NCBI GenBank assembly: GCA_963665615.2
Contig: CAXXQE010000007.1
Location: 124,001-188,000, forward strand
Length of the DNA stretch: 64,000 nucleotides
Source of the DNA: Syntrophales bacterium
GTDB lineage: Bacteria > Desulfobacterota > Syntrophia > Syntrophales > UBA4778
Reading direction: 5' to 3'
Shown: positions 52,213-63,500 of the stretch, piece after piece
Numbering within the stretch: the stretch's first letter is position 1
How the letters are laid out: each line of letters opens with the position of its first letter
The notes under the pieces: generated by a model
Told to the model about the DNA's origin: nothing
Databases searched by the model: none
What the model saw: only the letters and a program-made list of their open reading frames with translations
Made by a program: the position numbers and the translations under genes

Positions 52213-53772
52213 TCAGCGATTTTCCATCTGACTTCTTCCCAAAACACCCGCGTTAGCGATGAGCCGTAATCGCGACGCCTGCCACTCGGCCAGACACCGG
52301 ATGCGTTCCTGGCGGGCATCAGCCATCGCCGATTGGACGCTCAGAATCTCCAGGATATCCAAGGCTCCTTTGTCATATTTGCGCCGGGTCGTCTCCAAGG
52401 CCGCCTTGGCTGTTTCGATCAATGCCTCCGAGGCCCTCAGATTTCCGAGCGACGATTTGGCATCGGCGAAGGCCTTGACTACCTCCATCAGAATATTATA
52501 TTCGACATCCTGGAGTTCGGCCGTTCGTTGCTTTTTGAGCGCCTCGGCCCCACGAATCTTGTAGATATTTGAAAAGCCGCTGAAGAGTGGAACGGATAAA
52601 GACAAGCCCACAGTGTATGAATTGGTTTGCGTCGAGGAAATGGCCTGACCGGGATAGCCGTTGTGGAAGTAATTGGCTGTCAAATCAAACGTGGGCAGTC
52701 CCTCGGATCGGGCCGCGTCTATTTTCCTGTCTGCGGCTTCGAGTTGCGCGCGGGCCGCGAGGATCGCCGGGTGCTTCTTTTGCGCCTCAGTAAGCCAGGT
52801 GTCGAGGTCCTTTTCAATGGCAGTAGCCGTCCCAGCCAAATCGTCCGCCAGCGTTAGGTGCGTCTGCGTGGGAATGCCCATGGTGTAGATCAGAACGGAG
52901 ATCGCCTTGTCGTAAGCGCCCTGCGCCCGATGCTTCTCCAGGACGGCGCGCGCGTGGGCCGTGGCGGCCTGAAGCACGTCACTTTGCGCGCTGACGCCCC
53001 TGCCCTCCCGACGCGTCGTCGCTTCAAGGGTTTCCCGGGCGATAGCTTCGGCCTGAGATCTGGCCCCAGCGTCCGCTTTGGCCGTCTGCGCATCAAAATA
53101 GGACTGGATGACGGCAGCCAGGGTCTTTTGCAGCGTCGCATCATGACCGGACATGGCTGCGCTCAGCAGGGCCTCAGCCGACTCTCGATTAGCCTTGCGC
53201 CCGCCGAAGTCGAAGAGCCGCCAGGCCGCCGAGCCGTAAATCGTTATACCGTCTGTCGTAGCATCGGAATAAGTGGATTCTGACCGGCTGTGCAGGCCGT
53301 TGACCGTTGCCGACAGGCTCGGCCAATAGGCCGCCTTAGCCTCGCCCAGGGCACTGGCCTGCACCTTGATAGCGGCCCAGGACGCCTTGAGTTGGGGATT
53401 GTTGCACAACGCCACATCCACTGCATCGCCTAAAGACAACGGCACAGCGAAATCGACCTTCGCCGGACAAACAATCGGAACTTGATCGCCCGGCAAGATT
53501 GCGCCCGTTGCTATTTCCGCCGGCATCGTCCTGAGCGGATCAGTGAAAGGCGCAACGATGTCAAAGGCCGCAGCATTAAATGATATACTTATTAAATTGA
53601 GTACAAAAAGAAGTTGCAGCAGATGTTTAATAAAGGGTGGAAGCTGTTCAAAAAGGTTTAGAGGCAAGGCGCGCGAGGACCGGGGCGCGGAGCGTATACA
53701 TAATACGTGAGCACCACGGCCAAAGCGTAACGCCGCAGATGAATGTTTCTGAACAGCCTGCCTATCTCTCAT
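52213..53772 (-). CDS. T1SS outer-membrane protein (TolC/CyaE-like)
   Basis: LSLGDAVDVALCNNPQ, WRLFDFGGR, HPAILAARAQ, SVPLFSG. The only ATG between the hlyD end and the signal peptide is 53772, overlapping hlyD; start uncertain because of the inserted palindromic element. Confidence 0.88.
   Translation of the reverse strand: MRDRQAVQKHSSAALRFGRGAHVLCIRSAPRSSRALPLNLFEQLPPFIKHLLQLLFVLNLISISFNAAAFDIVAPFTDPLRTMPAEIATGAILPGDQVPIVCPAKVDFAVPLSLGDAVDVALCNNPQLKASWAAIKVQASALGEAKAAYWPSLSATVNGLHSRSESTYSDATTDGITIYGSAAWRLFDFGGRKANRESAEALLSAAMSGHDATLQKTLAAVIQSYFDAQTAKADAGARSQAEAIARETLEATTRREGRGVSAQSDVLQAATAHARAVLEKHRAQGAYDKAISVLIYTMGIPTQTHLTLADDLAGTATAIEKDLDTWLTEAQKKHPAILAARAQLEAADRKIDAARSEGLPTFDLTANYFHNGYPGQAISSTQTNSYTVGLSLSVPLFSGFSNIYKIRGAEALKKQRTAELQDVEYNILMEVVKAFADAKSSLGNLRASEALIETAKAALETTRRKYDKGALDILEILSVQSAMADARQERIRCLAEWQASRLRLIANAGVLGRSQMENR
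53643..53757. mobile_element. ~115-bp palindromic MITE/REP-like element
   Basis: Terminal inverted repeats GCTGTTCA / TGAACAGC, nested internal stems (GGCG/CGCC, CGTAT/ATACG); left 31 bp recur at 57440 with 29/31 identity. Confidence 0.75.
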
Positions 53773-55105
53773 TGAGGCTCTCACGCTTATGCTGCACAAG
53801 CGGACTCAGAACATATTCGATAATCCGCCTGTCACCGGTCTTGATCTCCACCTTGACCGACATCCCGGCGGATAACGGCATCGTGCGGCCGTTGACCACG
53901 ATCACAGACTGGTCCAGTGCGACCTTTGTTGAATAGATCAACCCCTGCTTTTCATCCTGGATCGCATCGCGCGATACATGCACGACCTTCCCTGAAATCG
54001 TTCCGTATTTGGTATAATCGAAGGCATCGATCTTGACGGCTGCGGTCTGCCCTTCCTGCACAAAGCCCGCATCTTTATTTTCGATGAAGGCTTCTACCTC
54101 CACCTTGCCTTCTTTTGGAACAATCTGCATGAGGGGCTGGGCCGCCGGGACGACGCCGCCCACGGTGTGGACGGTCAACTGCTGGACGGTTCCGTCAACA
54201 GGCGCTGTCAGCTTCAAAAGCCGACTATGCGCGGCAGAGCGGATCGCATCCTGATGCGACGCATCGGCGGCCTTGCTCCCTTCGGTCAGGGAATCGTAGG
54301 CCATGCGCTTGGTCTCAGCGATCAGAGCAGTGCGCTGATTGCAAGCATCGGCCAGTTGGCCTTCCAGATCCACGCGGGCCTGCTCCTTCTCCAGCCAGGC
54401 ATGCTGCGAGACATCGCGATGCACAAGCAGTTCCTTGTAATCGCTGGCGCGCTGCGTCGCCAGAGGCAACTCTTTGGAAAAGCGCGTAATGTCATCTTCG
54501 ATGCGTTTCAGTTTGGCGATGTAGTCGTGGTACTGTCCTTCAAGGTGGCGTTGCTCGGATCGCCATTTGTCTGCCGGGGCTCCCGGAATCGTTGGCAGGC
54601 GTGGCGATGTCCCGTTGTCGATGGCAGCGATTAATGCCTTGGCGCGGGCCGCCTGCAATACCGCCATAAGCTTATCGCCCGTTGCCTTGTCGCGTTCGGC
54701 ATCGGAGGCGCTTGTATCGAGTTCAACAAGGACTTTGCCTGCCCGGACCAACTCGCCCTCTTGGACGTGCAAGGCGACGACGCTTGCCGTATCGACTGAA
54801 GCGATGGTCTTGGTCCGCGAACTGGGAATCACCTTTCCTGAGGCATTGACGACGATGTCTATTTTCCCAATGATCGACCAGGCGATCAACACAACCACCA
54901 GGGCCATCATGACCCTGGCGACCAGACGCGACGCCGGAGAAACCGGCTTGGCCTGTAAAGAGAGCGCTGCCGGGAGAAATTCCGCTTCGGTCTCGTTCAG
55001 GAGTCTCCCGCCCAGTTGTTTGCGATTTTCCCAATGATGTAAAAAGACAGCCCTATACTGTCGCCAGAGATCCGCATAGGCTTTGAGACGAAATTTCATG
55101 CTCAT
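53762..55105 (-). CDS. hlyD: T1SS membrane fusion protein (HlyD family)
   Basis: EAEFLPAALSL, TM helix, GKVIPS, LTAPVDGTVQQL, KIDAFDYTKYG, EIKTGDRRIIEYVLSP. Confidence 0.95.
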   Translation of the reverse strand: MSMKFRLKAYADLWRQYRAVFLHHWENRKQLGGRLLNETEAEFLPAALSLQAKPVSPASRLVARVMMALVVVLIAWSIIGKIDIVVNASGKVIPSSRTKTIASVDTASVVALHVQEGELVRAGKVLVELDTSASDAERDKATGDKLMAVLQAARAKALIAAIDNGTSPRLPTIPGAPADKWRSEQRHLEGQYHDYIAKLKRIEDDITRFSKELPLATQRASDYKELLVHRDVSQHAWLEKEQARVDLEGQLADACNQRTALIAETKRMAYDSLTEGSKAADASHQDAIRSAAHSRLLKLTAPVDGTVQQLTVHTVGGVVPAAQPLMQIVPKEGKVEVEAFIENKDAGFVQEGQTAAVKIDAFDYTKYGTISGKVVHVSRDAIQDEKQGLIYSTKVALDQSVIVVNGRTMPLSAGMSVKVEIKTGDRRIIEYVLSPLVQHKRESLNER

Positions 55106-57300
55106 TGAGAAACCGCCTCTTTCATCTGCGCCCCCATGCCCCGCTGCTCGCCGAGTTGCAGTTCATAGAGATGCCGGTAGATCCCCTTCGGTATTTTTAG
55201 AAGATCGTTATGGCTCCCATTCTCGACAATCTGCCCGCGCTCCAGGACGATGATACGGTTGGCGTCTCTCACGGCAGAGAGGCGATGCGCGATAATGAGC
55301 ACGGTTCGGCCCGCGCAGATCCGGCGCATGTTCTCCTGGATGATCTTTTCGGATTCATAATCCAGGGCGCTGGTGGCCTCGTCAAAGATCAGGATGCGGG
55401 GATTGGTGATGAGCGCGCGGGCAATGGCGATCCGCTGACGCTGTCCGCCGGAGAGCCCCACGCCGTGTTCGCCCACTTTGGTATCGTAGCCCTCGGGCAT
55501 TTCGCAGATGAACTCATGCGCCCCGGCCAGCCTGGCGGCTTCAATAATAGCCTCAATGGGCAGGGCCGGGTTGGTGAGCGCAATATTGTCGCGGATGGAA
55601 CGGTTGAACAGGGTGTTTTCCTGAAGCACAACACCGATCTGGTGACGCAGTGATGCCGTATCGATGATGGCTATATCCTGACCGTCGATCAAAACACGGC
55701 CGCGATCCGGTACATAAAGTCGCTGCACCAGTTTGGTCAGGGTGCTCTTGCCGGACCCGGACTGCCCCACGATGCCGATCACCTCGCCCGGCGTCATTTT
55801 GAGGTTCACGTCCCGGATGACATCTGGCGCATCGGGACGATACCGGAAGGTGATCTTGTCGAATTCGATAGCGCCGGTCAGCTTGGGCAGACTCGTTTTC
55901 TGGCCTACGATTTCAGCGCGGGCGTTGAGGATATCCCCCAGGCGCTGCATGGAGATGCCCACCTGCTGGAAGTCGTTCCAGAGCTGCGCAAGACGCAGAA
56001 TCGGCGAAGAAACCTGACCGGCCAGCATATTGAAGGCGACCAGTTGCCCCACCGTCATCTTGCCATCAACGACCAGCGTGGCACCCATCCACATGATGGC
56101 GGCAGTGACCAGTTTGCTCACCAGGTTGACGCCGCCACTTGCCAGCATGCCCACATTGGTAACGGAGAGTCCCGAGGTAACATAAGAGGCCAGTTGCTGC
56201 TCCCATTTCTGCACCCAGCGCGGCTCCACCGCCAGGGCCTTGACCGTGTCGATCCCGCTGATCGTCTCTACCAGAAAGGACTGGTTTTCCGCGCCCCTGT
56301 TGAACTTGTCATTCAGCCGCGCCCGGATGATCGGTGTGAAGATGAGCGATAGCAGTATATAGAGCGGCAGCGAGATGACAACGATCAGGGTCAGCCAGGC
56401 ACTATACCAGAGCATGACCCCAAGAAAGACAAAGGAAAAAAGCAGATCCATAACCAGCGTCAGTGCATTTCCGGTCAGAAAGGAGCGAATGTTTTCGAGC
56501 TCCCGAATGCGGGCAACCGAATCCCCCACCCTTCTGGCTTCAAAATAAGCCAGGGGCAAAGACAGCAGATGCCGGAAGAGCCGCGCCCCCAATTCGACAT
56601 CGATCTTACTGCTCGTATGCGCAAAGACGTATGTGCGGATGCCGGTCAGAACGGAGCTGAAGAGCGTTGCGCAGATGAGCCCGATGGCGATCACGTTCAG
56701 AGTCTTCATGGCGTGATTGACGAGGACCTTGTCCATGACGACCTGAAAAAAGAGCGGTGTGGCCAGGCCGATGATCTGCAAGACAAAGGAGATGAGGAGC
56801 ACCTCGACCAGAAGCTTGCGGTACTTGACCACTGCCGGAATGAACCAGGAAAAATCGAACCGCGCAATCTCCCCGGCAAAGCTGGCCTTGGAGGTGAGAA
56901 AGATCAACCGACCTGACCACATTTCCATGAATGCGTTAAAATCCAGAACAGACGGACGCTCTCCCGGCAGCTTGATCAGAACCCGCGCGGAGGCTTGCGC
57001 AATTGCTTCACACTGTTGTGTTTCGGCACCATGAGAGGCGCCCGCCGCGCTCGTATCGAATTTGGCGAGAATGAAAAACCCGCCGCTCTTATCTAATGCA
57101 ATGGCGGGCAAGGGTGCCCGGTCCAGCCGCTCAGGCAACTGATTCACGAGCCGCGCCTTCATGCCCAAAGACTTCACGGCCAGCAAGAGCTTCTCAACCG
57201 TAAACGTCTCCGCGCCGAACTCATGCCGCAGCTTCGCCTCATCTACCGCAATCCCATGCAGCCCCGCCATGACCAACAGAGCATCAAGTCCAGAATCCAT
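55102..57300 (-). CDS. hlyB: T1SS ABC transporter (HlyB family, C39-like N-terminal domain)
   Basis: DSGL N-terminus without catalytic Cys, [60 protein letters not shown]. Confidence 0.96.
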   Translation of the reverse strand: MDSGLDALLVMAGLHGIAVDEAKLRHEFGAETFTVEKLLLAVKSLGMKARLVNQLPERLDRAPLPAIALDKSGGFFILAKFDTSAAGASHGAETQQCEAIAQASARVLIKLPGERPSVLDFNAFMEMWSGRLIFLTSKASFAGEIARFDFSWFIPAVVKYRKLLVEVLLISFVLQIIGLATPLFFQVVMDKVLVNHAMKTLNVIAIGLICATLFSSVLTGIRTYVFAHTSSKIDVELGARLFRHLLSLPLAYFEARRVGDSVARIRELENIRSFLTGNALTLVMDLLFSFVFLGVMLWYSAWLTLIVVISLPLYILLSLIFTPIIRARLNDKFNRGAENQSFLVETISGIDTVKALAVEPRWVQKWEQQLASYVTSGLSVTNVGMLASGGVNLVSKLVTAAIMWMGATLVVDGKMTVGQLVAFNMLAGQVSSPILRLAQLWNDFQQVGISMQRLGDILNARAEIVGQKTSLPKLTGAIEFDKITFRYRPDAPDVIRDVNLKMTPGEVIGIVGQSGSGKSTLTKLVQRLYVPDRGRVLIDGQDIAIIDTASLRHQIGVVLQENTLFNRSIRDNIALTNPALPIEAIIEAARLAGAHEFICEMPEGYDTKVGEHGVGLSGGQRQRIAIARALITNPRILIFDEATSALDYESEKIIQENMRRICAGRTVLIIAHRLSAVRDANRIIVLERGQIVENGSHNDLLKIPKGIYRHLYELQLGEQRGMGAQMKEAVSQ

Positions 57301-57314
57301 TACCGCCTCCGTCG

Positions 57315-57342
57315 GAGTGACAAGTAACGGGTGACGAGTGAC
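57315..57342. repeat. four heptamer repeats (RRGTRAC)
   Basis: GAGTGAC AAGTAAC GGGTGAC GAGTGAC just upstream of the hlyB RBS. Confidence 0.55.
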
Positions 57343-57439
57343 GAGCTTAAAAAAGGATAAACCTGATATCCATCAGTTGTCATTTTCATTTTTTAACCTG
57401 GAACTCCCGAATTCTTTATCACCATAAAATTTGAGGCGT

Positions 57440-57500
57440 CTGTTCAAGAAGGTTTAGATGCAAGGCGCGCTTCAGATCATATCGCCTTGCACCTGCCTTC
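57440..57500. repeat. partial second copy of the palindromic element, folded back on an inverted fragment
   Basis: CTGTTCAAGAAGGTTTAGATGCAAGGCGCGC at 57440..57470 and complementary CGCCTTGCACCTGCCTTC at 57483..57500. Confidence 0.75.
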
Positions 57501-57510
57501 TATCTGTTTG

Positions 57511-57595
57511 ACTGTGAACCGTAAACTGTAAATCGGAAACTAAGATTTCTTTCACTATTTACCATTGACTGTTTACTATTCACTATTTACTGTTT
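57511..57595. repeat. heptamer tandem array (5+6 units, ACYRTNN-like)
   Basis: ACTGTGA ACCGTAA ACTGTAA ATCGGAA ACTAAGA / ACTATTT ACCATTG ACTGTTT ACTATTC ACTATTT ACTGTTT, abutting the RTX stop codon. Confidence 0.75.
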
Positions 57596-60500
57596 TAAGA
57601 GTGCCAGGCACCCGCAACCATGCTCATCAAATCCGTACTCGCCTTCACATCGTTGACGCTGGAAAACGCCAGATTGTGAGCTGTGGCAAAGGTCGCCATA
57701 TTCTGGATCAGTTGATTGATGTCGGTCGCCGTCATGTATTGCCCGTTATCGAGTTGAACCTTCTCGATGCCATAACTTGATGAAGTTTGACTCGTCACCG
57801 TGATCTTATCCGTATCACCATAGGCGATCGACAGATCCGATGTCCCCTGGAAGATGGTGATGCTCTCTTTGAGGACGTTGCTCTGGAACTTAATAAGATC
57901 CTGGGTTGACGAATCAGCGCCACTGTCGGTGACGATATCCGTACCACTGCCATTGGCAAAGAAATATGTGTCATTTCCAGAACCGCCCACCAGCGTGTCA
58001 TGGCCGGCGCCGCCATTGAGTGTATCGTTTCCAGCATTGCCGTTCAGAATGTTATTTGCGTTGTTGCCGGTGATGATATTGTCAAGCGCATTGCCGGTAC
58101 CGTTGATAATGCTTGTACCTCTCATTAAGGTCAGATTCTCAACATTAGCGCCCAAGGTATAGGTTACTGAGCTCATAACGGTGTCGGTTCCCTCATTGTA
58201 TAATTCGATAACAGTGTCATAGACATTGTCGACATAGTACGTATCGTCCCCGGTGCAACCGAGCATGACATCCGCTCCTGCTCCACCATCGATCATATCG
58301 TTGCCGCCATCTCCGCATAAAAGGTCTATACCGTCACCTCCGTAAATTCTGTCATTGCCGCCTCCGGAATAAACGAAATCAATGCCGCCCAAAGCATAAA
58401 TGAGATCATTATCGTTTCCGGTTATGATCATATCCGTTCCATTTGTACCGTAAGTGGTTTTTAGGTTTGTCTGTATAGTCAGTTTGAAGGAGTCTGATGT
58501 ACTCGCCCCAGCACTGTCTGTGACTGCGACATTTAGGGAAAGGACACCGACATTGTCATTATTGGGCATACCGCTAAAGGTCATAGTCGCCGGATCGAAG
58601 GTCAACCATGACGGCAGATTTGTTCCGTCCGAAAGTGTTGCGCTATAGGTCAATGTGTCACCCGCATCCACATCGGTAAAGGTGCCGGCAGGAACTGTAA
58701 AGTTGAACGCTGCATCTGCCATTGTTGACAGGTCAGCTATCGGATTGGCTATGACCGGGGGATCGTTGACGTTGAGCACGGTCACATTGAAGACATCCGA
58801 CACACTTGCTCCGGATGTATCGGTTGCAGTAACTTTCAACGCAAGAATGCCGACATCATCATTGCTCGACATACCGCTGAACGTCATGGTTGACGGATCG
58901 AAGGTCAACCATGATGGCAAGGCGGATCCGTCAGCCAGCGTCGCACTGCAGGTCAGGGTGTCGCCCTCGTCCGGATCGGCAAAGGTGGTGGCCGGTACCG
59001 TAAAGCTGAAAGTCTCATCTTCCATCGTGGACTGTTCTGCGAGCGGATTGGACACAACCGGCGCACGATTCAAAAAATCGGTGAGATTTGCCTGACTGCC
59101 ATCGGCAAACTGCAATGTCCGGACAACGAGCGAACCGGCGATTTCGTCTTGATCGAAGTTCATCAGATTAATGGAATCGCCATTGTTTCCGTAGTTGATC
59201 GTTAACACGCTGCCGTTACGGACGAACGTCAGGCTCTCGGCCATGACGCCTTCGCCAAAGAGAATCTTGTTGCCTTCAACAGCGGTAGACACATCAATGA
59301 TCGTATCAACCCCATCTCCGAGGTTGAATACATAGGTATCATTTCCGGAGCCGCCAATCAGCGAATCCGAACCCGTACCGCCGTTAATCACATCATCGCC
59401 ATCTCCGGATGAAATCTGGTCGTCTCCGCCAAAAGACACTATTCTGTCAACTACATCGGTGCCTCGAAGAATATCGTTGCCCGACGATCCATCCAGATCG
59501 AATCCCCTGTCGATTAACTGATCGTATGTCAGGACTGTACCGTCAGAAAATTCAAAGAAATTAATGGTGCGTGGCCCCCGGGCATCATTTGGATCAAAAT
59601 TCATCAAATGGATGGCGTCGCCATTGTCTCCCACCCGTATCAACAAACTGCCCAATTGCAATTTTAAGTCCGACGGTGTGATGCCATTTTTAAACCTAAG
59701 GATATTTCCATCGTTGATATTATAAATAATCACTTTGGTATCATTGTCGTATATGATATCTGTTCCGTCTCCAGGCCCATATACATAGATATCATGCCCG
59801 TCGCCGCCATCCAGGGTGTCGCATCCTCGTCCACCGTCGATTGTATCGTCTCCGGCGCCGCCATTGATGGTATCATTGCCGTCATAGCCGTTCAAAACGT
59901 CGTTGCCTTCGTAACCCTCCATGATGTTATCGAGACTGGTCCCTTCGAGAATGTCATCTCCGTCGGTCCCTCTAATGATCGGATTATTCCCAGCAATGAG
60001 ATCTGCAAAAGTCATGACCTGGCCGTCGGCGAAACCGATGATATCGACAGCATGAGATGTCGGGAGAAGTGTTTCCGGATCGATGCCCGTCAAAGTAATT
60101 TCGTCGCCATCGCCGATTCTGATAATCGCTGCGCTATCCGTCACCTCTATCTTCCCCTGAATATCCTCATAATAGATATCACCGAAAAGAAGTGAATTCC
60201 CTTCAAGCGCAGTTGAAACATCCTGAATCGTATCGGCGCCGTCTCCACGATAATAGATATAATTATCATCACCGGCGCCACCGGCCATCAGATCGTTGCC
60301 TTTGCCGCTCATCATGATATCGTTATCGGCTTCACCATATAGGCTGTCCGCCCCAGGTCCACCGATAAATATGTCGCAACCAACTCCACCCGTGATTAAA
60401 TCATCGCCTATGCCCCCGCTGAGATAATCATTCCCGGCGCTTGCAGAAATAGTGTCATTGCCTTCAAGCGCATAAATGTCATCATCGCCATCCGTATCTT

Positions 60501-63500
60501 GAAGCATATCGTCCATTGATGATCCGCGGATGCTCAAAGGATCGTCATACCACTCCCAGGACTCATCGCCCCAACCGTCAGGACGGTCCGACAGCGCAAG
60601 AATATCTTCAAGATTCAGCACAGAACCGTCATTAAAGACAAAGCGAGTCACACCGAAGTCCGTGATGTTGTCTGGATAACCCTGTGAAGGATAAGTTTCA
60701 GGCATGAAGTTGGTAATTCGTGCAACGTCTTGTTCTGAGCATGCAATATCGATCGAATACGCATGCCCCCCATAACGGACAGCGCTTGGCAGATTACTTC
60801 CTACGATTATATTATCAGGCGTTACCCATTCGCCAAACACCACCGTGTCTTTCCCAACAGGCAACTCGTTTTCCCTGTTATACAAAGGATGAGAGGCAAT
60901 AGAATCAATGCCATATCCAAGGCCGAACACATATGTATTGCTGCCGCCGACGCCACTCAAGATGTCGTTACCGGAACCGCCATCAAAAAGATTATTGCCG
61001 TAATAATCGCGCAGAACGTCATTCCCATCACCACCATACAGTTCATCATTGCCTTCACCCCCCATCAGGTCGTCCCAACCGCCTCCGCCATACAGGATAT
61101 CATCGCCCTCGTCGCCACTGAGATAGTCATTTCCTGCATACCCATACAAGGTATCGTCTCCTGCAAAACCATTCAGCGCATCATCGGCTTGAGTTCCATA
61201 TACGATATCATCCATATTCCAGAACGCATCTGTATCGATTGTCGCGCCGTTCTCATCGGTAATGAGGTCGATGCTGTCGCGATCATACCACTTAGACAAG
61301 ACAACAAAATCCTCGGTGCCGTTGATGTTCAGCTTCACGTCATTGTAAGATCGCTCTATAATTAAATCGTCAACACTGACGCCGGCTGTTAAAACAATTC
61401 TGTTAATCGTTCCCTCGCCCTCAGACATATCGATAATCTTGTCCTGCCCTGATCCCAATCCGAAATAATAGGTATCGCTCCCCATACCGCCGAGCATAAT
61501 ATCGTTTCCTGACTCGCCATTTAAGCAATCTGCACCTGCGCCGCCGTATATCGCATCGTCGCCGGCTCCGCTTACGATATTGTCATTGCCTGCTCCGGCA
61601 AATATCAGGTCGTCAGAGTTTTCTGGAACCGTGATCGCATCATCGCCATTTGTCCCCCAGATCGGATTGGATATCGAAATTTCAGAACCATCCGAGTATC
61701 GGAGCATGGAGACAGGCAGCTTGCCGTCTTCATCTCTTGCCAGCGTGATTTTGTCGCCATACCCATCGTAATGAATAATCAACGTGTTATTATCCGGAGC
61801 CGTTACCGTGAGTTCTTCGGGAAGGATTTCATCGCCAAAGCGAATGACGTTCTTATCAGCCCCTGTCTCGGAGTCCTGTATCGTATCGCTGCCTGCCCCG
61901 ACGTTGAATATGTAAACATCATCGCCCGCCCCGCCGATAAGCACGTCAGAACCGCCTTGACCATTGAGGCTGTCAGCTCCGGCGCCGCCACTTATCGTAT
62001 CGCTTCCGGCAGTGCCATTCACAGTAAACCCTATTTGCGCCAACTGATCGCTGTTTAATTCTGAACCATCGGCGAACACAAAGCGATCGACTCTTGACTC
62101 AGGGGACGAAAACCAGTTTGCCAGGCGTATTCCATCATCGCTTTCCCAAAAAGCAATACACAGGTCACCGGATTGCTTTATGAAAGACATTTTGTCGATC
62201 GAGATACCCTCGCCGAACTCAAGAACATCAGTCGTCTCAGCGTTATCAGAAGCAGCATTGTAAATACGGTCATAGCCATCACCGCTATCGAATCGATAAA
62301 CGTCATTCCCGACGCCTCCATCCAAATAATCGTCGCCTGAACCCCCGAAAAGCGAGTCATCTCCGCCTCCGGCAAGAATCGAATCGTTCCCATCGTCGCC
62401 GCTTAGATAGTCGTTGCCACTGCTATTTACATCCCCCTGAAGATAATCATCACCGACACCGCCATATACCGTGTCGTTGCCGTTTCCTGCTATGATAATA
62501 TCGTTGCCGGCGCCGCCGTCCAGATAACCGTCACCATCCGCCGTTTCAATCCGATCATCGCCATCTTCACCGAAAATAATGGAATTGCCGCCCTCGTCAT
62601 ACAAAACGTCATTCCCCGCGCCGGCATAAATCTCATCATCACCGGTACCGCCCCAGATCGAATCAGCGCCATCGCCGGCCAAGATAACGTCATTGCCCGC
62701 GCCACCGGTTATCGTATTATTGCCGTTTCCTCCGTCAATATAATCATTGCCGTCATCAGCCTGTATCTGATCGTTTCCTGAACCGGCATAAATCTCGTCG
62801 TCTCCAACTCCCGCAACAACGATATTGTTTCCTTCACCTGCATCAAAGTAGTTATTGCCATCCCCTCCGTAGAGTGTGTCGTTGCCATCCCCACCGATAA
62901 GCGTATCATTGCCTCCATAACCAAAAAGGATATCGTCTCCGGCTTCTCCGTCCAGATAGTCGTCTCCCTGATACGCCAGATCGATATCCGAGTCTCCGTA
63001 AAGCGCGTCGTTGCCGGCACCGCCATACAACGTATCACTTCCTCCATAGCCCCACAGCGTATCATCGCCGGCCTCACCGTCCAGATAATCATCGCCATGA
63101 TCGATAACGAGAACATTATCTGCATCGCCGGCAAGCAAATCGTTTCCATCGCCGCCGAATATCTCATCAGAACCGCCAGCGCCAATAAGAATATCGTCAC
63201 CATCCTCGCCATCAATATAGTCGTCGCCAAAATACACGCTTGAGTCACCAGTTCCATCCCCGTAAATCGTGTCGTTTCCTTCACCTCCGAAAAGGTCATC
63301 TGATCCGCCGTATCCCTCGATCTGATCGTTACCGGCACCTCCATCGATATAATCGTTGCCATGCTGCTCTATCGGCAGAGAAGTATATTGATTATCGCCT
63401 ATAAGAATATCATCCCCATCGCCACCTTCGATGAAGTCATCTCCTGCCTCTCCAAAAATGGTATCAATTCCCGCGCCGCCATACACTTCATCATCACCCG

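Noticed and set aside
57511..57595. CRISPR array
   Set aside because: Units are 7 bp and contiguous, with no spacers and no cas genes.
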